Source: Trichosphaerium sp. ATCC 40318 | Taxonomy: Eukaryota > Protista > Tubulinea | Reading direction: 5' to 3' | Length of the DNA: 64,000 nucleotides | Assembly (NCBI GenBank): GCA_038496445.1 | Contig: JALMLS010000550.1 | Span: 1-64,000 of the forward strand | In this document: piece after piece, positions 52,269-60,705 of the stretch | Position numbering within the stretch: position 1 is the stretch's first letter | Layout: every line of letters begins with the position of its first letter | Made by a program: the position numbers and the translations under genes | Notes under the pieces: model-generated | The model's input: only the letters and a program-made list of their open reading frames with translations | The model's database searches: none | Told to the model about the DNA's origin: nothing

Positions 52269-53537
52269 TTACAATGGTTTCAATAGTTCCAATACACTAC
52301 CATCAGCTTGAGTTACATTAACCCATGAATAATCAGCAGGAGTAAAGTTAATATCCATTGTTGCTACTCTACTATCAGGTATGTTATCAAGCTCAGAAGA
52401 AGAGATCCTCAAGCTAAAAAGAAAGTAAACAAACAAACAACATTCAATGAACCAAAGTGATAAAAAAAAAAAAAAAGGAACGAAGACGTACTGGATGTCA
52501 GTGTTGACTGTCTTGCCTACACAACTACCAGTTCTCAAGTAGTAGTTCGACCATGTTTTGAACGCTCCTTGAGCATGACGACAACACTCATGTCCCTCTT
52601 CTGGACACTCAAGAGGCTTTGAATTCAATGGAGTAAGACTCAAACGAGCGTATAATGTTTCAACACATTTTGCGCTTGAGTACTTTGCTGGATCACATCG
52701 ATCAGCAATAAGGTCCTCAATACTTGGTTGAACCTGAGTCTTTACACGGAAAAAGTACTCAAACTCATGATTACACATGTACAAGTCCTTATTCAGAATA
52801 ACATTGTTAAAATAGTCCGTCATTCTAGGGTGAAAATATCAGCCAAAATAATTTCAAAGAAAATAAGAGCGAGACTCAGGATGTTTACAAAGGGGTAAAT
52901 ACGTACTCAGCAACTGAAAGAGGTACGGATCTGATTGACGAAAAGTCATTCGCGAAAGCTAGATTAGGATCCGTCAACTTGAAAGTCGTGTGTAAATCGG
53001 TGTTTACAGTCCTCAAAGGAACAGTAGTGGCGGTTTCAGCGAATTTAATACCGCGTTTACTAGTTTTACTCGTGTCGTCAGTGGTACTTAGAGTTATTGT
53101 AGGAGAAGCTGGCTTGACACCAATATCAGAGGCAACAGCTAATCGCAAATGGACTTTTACATCACCAGGTACAAGCCTTGGTACTACGCGGCGTAAGAAA
53201 ATCTTCATCAACGGTTTTTGTTTTAAAATCCAATCAAAGCGTCTCTTAGACACTAAGTGCAACAATTTCACAAAGTTTTGTGGTGTGTACCTGTAAAGGC
53301 TCTGAGTAGAGGGTCTTCACGGTAGATAGTAGCAATAGATGTAGCAATCTCTTTATCAGCCTATGTTGAAGCGGTTAGTTTTCGTTTCGGGCATGTATTG
53401 TGATTTTGGAGTACATTATAGCGACCTTCGGTTAATTCCAAGGATAGAGATTTTAACAAGTCAGCTGTTGTTGTAGCAGCGTATAAAACTGAAAAGAGAC
53501 AAGTCAAAACGACTACGAGTGCAAGAAATTTTTGCAT
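52269..53537 (-). CDS. Cluster gene E: secreted protein resembling the uncharacterised bacterial partner of DUF2589 clusters (5 exons)
   Basis: Spliced: MQKFLALVVVLTCLFSVLYA-ATTTADLLKSLSLELTEGRYN|ADKEIATSIATIYREDPLLRAFT|VPRLVPGDVKVHLRLAV...Cys-rich insert...LRISSSELDNIPDSRVATMDINFTPADYSWVNVTQADGSVLELLKPL*. All four introns are GT-AG and restore frame. Confidence 0.75.
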
Positions 53538-53692
53538 GCTACGCTATATTAGCTATAAATCGATTATTAAACAAGAGTACGTTGTTTTGAGGCGTGGCTA
53601 GCAACTTTGTAAAACTCTCGTGAACCCTTCGGGTTAGGTGGACTTAAATAGAAAAGGTGACTTACACTATTGTGAAACTATCGAAAAAAAAC

Positions 53693-55000
53693 ATGCAAAT
53701 GTGGAGACTACTTGCCTTGGCTTTACTTGCCACAGTTGTGTTTTCGCAAGACCCTGTTGAAAATGTATTGGGTAGCGTAGACTTCGCTTCTCTTCTCTCT
53801 GCGCCTTTGTCTGCTGCAATTGACGCACAGATTCAATCTAACCTTGCTACCGTTGATTTCATTCAATCGGTTGGCTTCAACGACGATGGGTCGGTCAAAA
53901 CGGCAAGTTAAAAAAAAATTCATGCGTTTTGTTTACAACATGCTAGGCTGAGTTTAAATACACACAAGTTAACGATGAAACCTTTGGAACAGAAGAGGTC
54001 TCGTTGCAGGTAAAATAAAATGCACTCGCTTTCTATTCGATCTTTAACCAACGTTTATAGTTACCTTTCTTGCTACTCCTACCACTCAACTACGTTAAAA
54101 TCTCAGAGGTTAATGTTGAATTTAATATGCAATTGAATCAAGTCACAGAAAGAGAAAGCAAGAGTAACATCGAAGGCAGTACGTTCGTTATTAAACTCCT
54201 TGTTTGTACCAACCCGAAAATCAAAAACTGAAGAAAATATTTTGCTACAACTTGTTGTTGTTGAAACTCGCTAATAACTCCCTTAGAACTCAACCTCGGT
54301 ACCAGTGCTCGTAGTTACAGTAGACGCACAGCCATGAAGGGTTCTGTCAGCACACAATTTCAATCGAGTGTCACAGATAGAACTGAGCGCGCTTATTCCT
54401 TTAAAGTTACTGTAAGATATCTTCAATCGTTTTTTTAGTGAAAAGCATGAAACTAACAACTATGTTTTTTGTAGATGAAAGCTACAGGCGCTGGTGATAC
54501 CCCTCCTGGTGTTAACAAACTATTGAGCCTCCTCGAAAACGCAATCTTCGCTGGTACGTAATAAAGGAAGGATTTTTTTTTTAAATTGGCGCTTTTTCAC
54601 CAAATGAACAAATGACTGAGCCAAGCTCGGAATGCGTTCTAGTATGCCTTGACATGCTCATATACGACTTTGAAGGCTTTTTAGCGTTTCAGCTGAAAGC
54701 ATTGTTTATTCATGCGTTTTTTTTGTAGAGACCGTATCTAACAATGACGCACCTACAACGGCACCAGAGACCGCCGGAAAGAGAGAACTGTTGTCAACTC
54801 AAGACCCAGCTGAAATAACACAAGAATATGAAACGCCTGAATACGGAGAAGAGGAAGAAACCGAAGATGTAGAAGACGTAGCTGAAGACATCGAAGAGGA
54901 AGAACAAGAACCTCAATACGAAAAGGAAATTGCTCAAGAACTCGAAAACGCTGAAATCGCTGCTGAATATGAAGCAGAGAACGAAGTTGTAGATGAGTAA
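53693..55000 (+). CDS. Cluster gene A: secreted DUF2589-family protein with acidic C-terminal tail (6 exons)
   Basis: Signal peptide, then DFASLLSAPLSAAIDAQIQSNLATVDFIQSVGF...KT|AEFKY...SLQ|LPFLLLLPLNYVKISEVNVEFNMQL...YSFKVT|MKA...PPGVNKLLSLLENAI. Tail GKR + Glu/Asp-rich segment. Confidence 0.85.
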
Positions 55001-55207
55001 ACGCATGAAATAAAAAAAAAAAATAGTTGGTCTATAGTGTAAATTAGTAAAAGGTCTATTTTTAATCAAGTCGGGAATCGGGTATCCGAAAATTTTCACG
55101 CATTTTTCCCTTCAAGTTCTTGAGGAATTGCCCTTTTGGGTAAGAGATTAAGGGATCCATATTGACTTAACAGACCGCGCACGATTGTTGAAATACCTCA
55201 AGCCACT

Positions 55208-56135
55208 ATGATGCGCCTTTTGCTGTTATTGGTTACAATTCTTGCTGTTGCTAATAGCACAGACACTGCTATTGATATACTAAACAACATCCCCTTTTCC
55301 GATATCGTCGGTGGTGCTTTCTCTGCTGTGATTGATGGACAAGTTCAAGCTTCCCTCGCCGCTTTAGAGTTCATGCAAGACATTGGTTTCGATACAGACC
55401 CAGTAACTGGCCAATCCACTGCCAAAACGGTACAAAACTTTCGGCTGCAACGAAAAAAAACGGTGTTTTACAGCTATTTGCTCACAAAATGCTTTTAGGT
55501 TGAATTCAAGTACCAAAAAAGCACACCAGAGGGCGTACAAGATATTGCCATTAACGTACGTTTCTTTTAGTGCGAAACCTCGACTTCCAGCTGTACAACC
55601 TCAAACAAACACGTAGGTACCTGTTATCTCACTCATTAGAGTACCTTCCCTCGCTGTAGAGGATGTCTCCATTGCTTTTAACGTTAAGTTGAACACAATC
55701 GAAAGAACAACCAGCTCTGGCAAGCGTGACCTCGGCGCTACGAAATTGTACGGCAACGCTACAAAAATTTAAACCAAAAAAAAACAGACCCAAAACGCTT
55801 CCATACTAATCTACTCGCTAGGCCATTCTCTAACAGAGCCCTACCTGCTCGTTACACTGGTACGCTGTTTTTCATGTTTCACGTGAAAATCCCTTTTTCG
55901 TCCTAGTGTCTTTGTTTCGCTTACAAATGCTTTAGTACCACGATTTACCGTCCAACCAACTACAAGACGTGAAGAAGGCGCCCAACAAACCCAACAAACC
56001 TACCAAGTCGAAATTAAGGTTAACGCCAAGCAACAAGCCACTTCTGGCGGTCTTACCCGTGTATTGGACGCTTTGCTCGCATCTGTCGTTCCTACTGACA
56101 CCATCGTTCCTGCTACGCCTACAGCCGCCCCTTAA
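55208..56135 (+). CDS. Cluster gene B: secreted DUF2589-family protein (5 exons)
   Basis: Signal peptide, then PFSDIVGGAFSAVIDGQVQASLAALEFMQDIGF...KT|VEFKY...AIN|VPVISLIRVPSLAVEDVSIAFNVKL...YQVEIKVNAKQQATSGGLTRVLDALL. Confidence 0.85.
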
Positions 56136-56338
56136 TTCGTGTTTGTGTAAAGCTACAAAGTTAAAATAAAAAAAAAATCACAAAAAACTCTTGTTCTGTT
56201 AATTGTTGACGGCCGTCAATACCAACCAATTGCACTACCTTCTTCAAAAAAAAACTTCGAGTAAAAAACTGGATGTAAAGCGCGTAGTCATTTGGGTAGA
56301 GATTGTATTTTTTTAATTGTTTTTTTTGTTACATGCAT

Positions 56339-57620
56339 TTACGAGTTGGAAACGAGATTATCACTGAGCTCCTCAAATCCTGCAAACTCCACCTTTACAA
56401 ACATAAATGTTAGCACACAAATTGACAAAAACGCTACAAGTGAACATACCGTGTAGTCCAAGTCAATGTTCCATCGTTTAGTTCCAACACGTTTGAGACC
56501 CATTGTCATAAGTCCGTCTCTCTCAAACGTACGTCCCTACAAATATCAATACAAAGCACAAATACATCTTTTAATTAACGTACTTGAACCTTTACATTAT
56601 ACGTAGGCTTCAGAAGAGGAAGATCTACAAAAGAAAACTGAAGTCAGTTTTCAGCTACTTGCAACTTGTGTTTCTTTTTGTCGCTCAAAAACGTACCAAT
56701 CAACTCCGATACACGAACACTGGTCGTCTCTCCATCAACAGTAAAGTTCAACTAGGCCTCAAAGTAAGAAAAACGTTCAAAGACGGCCTTGCAACAAAGT
56801 GAAATGATAGATAACGTACAGTTTGTTTGTTCTCGTATATCTCCAAAAGAGAATAAGCAGTAGTCACAACAGATCTTATATGAGACTCTAAGAACCCACC
56901 CATCATACTACCATAGAAAGATCCTACACGAAGTGCAGAGGCACGCATAATAGTAGGTGAGTCTTCATCGTCCAATTTTCTCTGATAACTGTACTTAGGT
57001 TCCAGCCACTCGGCTGTACCTCTAAGTTGTGGCCCTTTAGTGAATGTAGCGGTAGCTCTTGTGGTGCCATCAAGGTTGCTGAAGTCACTAACTGTAGTGG
57101 CTGTAGTCTTGGTTGGCTGGGTTGTATCTACGGGTTCGATGGTCTTTATTGGTTCAAATGTCGTAGTTGAGGTCTTCACAGGTTCAAGCGTCTTAACTGG
57201 CTCTAACGTCTTCAATGGTTCAACCGTCTTTACGGGTTCCAATGTCTTGATAGGCTCTGAGGTCTTCACAGGTTCAACCGTCTTAACTGGCTCCAACGTC
57301 TTCACAGGTTCAGCTGTCTTTACGGGTTCGAATGTCTTGATAACTGGTCTGGAGACCGTATTTGTTTTGAAAGTACTTTTTTTTGAATACAAAGTATCTT
57401 CTGCTGAATCTTTTGGGCTTGTTGTTTGAGGTTCTTCGCTTTCGCTTGTTTCTTCCGTTTCAGATTCTGTTGTAGGTTCGACTTGTTCTTTAGGTAGAGT
57501 TGGTTTGAAAGTAGCCCAATCGAATTCACGTGAGTCTGTTGCAACTACTTCAGCTTTTAATGCTGTCAATGGTTGTATTAAACCTACCGATAGTAAGTTA
57601 GTTGTCTTTAAGAATGACAT
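56339..57620 (-). CDS. Cluster gene D: long Thr/Pro/Glu/Lys repeat N-terminus + highly divergent DUF2589-like C-terminal domain (5 exons)
   Basis: Spliced C-terminus GSMMGGFLESHIRSVVTTAYSLLEIYENKQT|LNFTVDGETTSVRVSELI|DLPLLKPTYNVKVQ|GRTFE...WNIDLDYT|VEFAGFEELSDNLVSNS*. Four GT-AG introns keep frame. Confidence 0.65.
57130..57345 (-). repeat. Coding 18-bp tandem repeat, (x-E-P-V/I/L-K-T)n, about 10 units
   Basis: Visible in ORF 56748-57620. Confidence 0.85.
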
Positions 57621-58231
57621 TGTAATTTGTTACCTTGTTCTGCGCGTTTTTTCATTAGCTCTATTAAATACGTCATGTCACCTGCGAAAAAGAACGCTGG
57701 GGTGACGTATAGATGTGTAGCAGGTTTGGTGTCATCTGGTGAACATTCCAAGCGGGAAATTACTATTTCGTTATTTCTAATACCACACGACGCTATTATT
57801 TGTAAGTGTGACTACGTGGAATGTATTAAGAGTACCAGCTAAACTTTTCGATATTTTATTTTCGGAGAGACATCCCTCAACCGTTAAATCTAAAGTCTTG
57901 GCATTGCACAGAGAAATAATTTGAAGAATGCAAACCTTTAGCGAATTAGGGTTTACAAAAGTTCATGAGAAACTTTTTTAACAGTATGTACGGCGTAGAC
58001 GTTGTAATTAAAGCGTGCACAACATATAAAATCGAGTGTGTAAACAAAAATATTTTTTTTTGCGAAATCTTCACCAAAACTCTACGTACAAAAACCGCTA
58101 TACGCGACAATTGCCGTGCAGCAACTTCCTTCATTTTTTCACTAATTCATCTCAGTTTGGCAGAACCTCGTGAACGATTTCGGGGGGAATTTGCCCTTCT
58201 AACTCACATTCTCACACAGTTTATAAGTAAC

Positions 58232-59154
58232 ATGCAACGTTTCTTGCTCATCTGCTTGACCTTATTCGTAGTCGGTTCCTTCGCCAATGGCGGTAGAGAA
58301 CTCGCCTCCCTAAACTTCCAAAATCTTATCGGTGGACCACTCACAGCCGTTATTGAGGCTCAGGTACACACTTTCCCACTGCGAGTAAACAACTAAGTTT
58401 TTTTTTCTAGGTCGCTTCTGCTCAAGCAACCGTAGACTTCATCCAATCCGTTGGTTTTGAAGAATCTGGTGAAGCTCGCATGGTACGTTAATAGATCTTC
58501 TTTTTTGCTTTTTTTTTGCTTCGTTTTCGTTCTTTTCAAGTTTTATCACCACAACGCACTCCTGGCGTTATTTTTTTGCTGTCCAACAGGCTACAGCGCT
58601 ATTCTAAATGTTCATGAGAATCAAGCAAAACTTTTTCCTATTTCGGAACCTTCCTTCTTACCCTTACCTTTAGGCTCTCTTTACATTCCAAGAGTACAAT
58701 GAAGGTGCTGATAACTCCTCAGCCGAACTCAGAAACGTCAGCATGGAGGTATGCAATAAAACAAAAAAAAAAAAGCCGCCAACAATTTTTTCATTAACTT
58801 AATTTGTAGATCCCATTTTTGATGCTTTTCCCACTCCCATACATGCGCATTACCTCTTTCGAACTTGACTTCAACGCCAAGATCAACTCTGTTTCCCAAA
58901 GAGTCAGAAGCCGTGAATTCGGTCTCGGTGTCTCCGCTGCTGTCAAAGCCGGTTGGGGTCCAGTTAAACTAAATGTCAAGACATCCATGTCTTACAAATC
59001 CGCAAGCTCTTCCACCAACAAGAAGGAATCAAGCTACTCCATGGCCATCAAGGTCCGTGCTGAGAACATGGTTGAATTGCCAGAAGGTGCTAGAGAATTG
59101 CTCGATGCTCTCAAGCAAGCTATCCTTAAGGACAGCGCCCCAGCTGGACCATAA
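58232..59154 (+). CDS. Cluster gene C: secreted DUF2589-family protein (4 exons)
   Basis: Signal peptide, then ELASLNFQNLIGGPLTAVIEAQ|VASAQATVDFIQSVGF..RM|ALFTF...SME|IPFLMLFPLPYMRITSFELDFNAKI...GWGPVKLNVKTSMS...YSMAIKVRA...LPEGARELLDALKQAI. Confidence 0.9.
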
Positions 59155-59580
59155 GTTGTTTCCCTTCTAAAGCAAATATTTGCTCTATTACGCAATAAAG
59201 ACCCTTTTTTTGTGTCTACACAGTTTCTAGTTAATATCTTGTATTTTTTTTGATTCGTTTTATAGCGTTTTTTTACGCTTGTTGTAATTGTGCCCTTTTG
59301 TTGTTGATTTAATTGTGCGTGACTGAATTTCGGAGTGTCTATGTCTGTATTTTGCTGTGATGCGATACCTTCGTTTCAATAAACAACCCACGTGTAGGTA
59401 GCGGAGATATTACAACATCACACCTACAAAACGGATATTGTGAACGGCATACGGAAAAACCTGGTTTAACCGGTTCCTAATAAGGTAGCAATAAACGTAC
59501 CAGTATCTAAAAAAGTTTAAGCTGAGTTTTTGAAAATTCTTTAAGTCGTTTGCCGTCCATCTGGTATTGCACTTACAGCT

Positions 59581-60491
59581 ATGTCTGACCATCGCGGGTT
59601 GTCTTTATCTCCCTACGATGATCAAAAGGATAAAAGGAAAAAATACGAACGAAAACGAAGAGAGAATCTTGCCAACGCTTTTGAAGAGCTCAGAGAGGTT
59701 CTAGAATCGAAGTACCTTCGAAAAAATCTTCTTTCACGAAACGCGGTACTGCAAGAAGCTGCAGCGTGTCTTAGAAGCTTGTGTGAGAAGAAGGAAAAGA
59801 CCCAAGGAACCGCAGCGTGGCTAGCAAACAAAGTAACGGAAATACCAGGCTTACCTGAAGTCGTACGCACCAAAACGAGCTAAATCGCTACGAAATTATC
59901 TGATAGCGCGTTTGGCGATAGGTGGCATTTGTAGAGGAGTTAAAAATTCAATGTGCTGTGACTAGAAATACAGAAGACCCAGAAACACGAAAACGTAGAC
60001 GTACAGACTGTAACATTATGCATCAGCAAGTATTGGTACGTATTTATTTTTATTTCTTTGTGGATTTGTCATTTTTGTTTTTTTTTTGGGTTAAAATGAA
60101 CCTAAAAAACGATAAAGAAATTGATTGTTTCCGTAAAGAAAGAAAGAAAAAAAATTCAATTGAAAACAAAAAAAAAAAAAAATCTCGAAGTGAAAGAATA
60201 TTTTTTTTCTCGGTTTACAGCGCTAGTTGTAGTTTGGAATTAGTCTAATTACGTTTATATAATATATATACAGGTTTTATACACGCTAAAAATCACATTG
60301 CACACGTTTAAAAAGCACCATTCACTCGTGTCTTTTCACTTTTTTTTTTAAACTTGTATAGTTTTTGGTTTAACCTTTTTTAGCCGGTTCCCTTGTACAC
60401 CTCTTCACCATCTAACCCTAATAACTTGTCTTCGAGACTGCCTCACCTGCATAAAACTCAAACCGATAATAATACACACGTGCGTGTATAA
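59581..60491 (+). CDS. bHLH transcription factor (Myc/Max-like group), 3 or more exons
   Basis: KRKKYERKRRENLANAFEELREVL...LSRNAVLQEAAACLRSL is a basic helix-loop-helix. Downstream exons at 59922-60035 and 60384-60491. Confidence 0.75.
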
Positions 60492-60705
60492 CGAACCCCA
60501 CGTTTTTATAAACAACAATGTTCGAAAAAAAATATTGTTGGAATTGCTGCGTTTTTTTTAACACTTTTTATTTCTTTGTCTGTCCTCTATCGCTTCTTCG
60601 TTTTTACGAATATCCTAGCAACAACCACCAACGCCTAGACCACTACCTCGTAGACCATATACGACAACAGGAACGCAGAACGCTTTGTTTGTATCAAGGT
60701 TTCTA

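Noticed and set aside
52269-59154. Bacterial contaminant or very recent HGT fragment
   Set aside because: Every gene has several host-style spliceosomal introns, and base composition matches the flanks.
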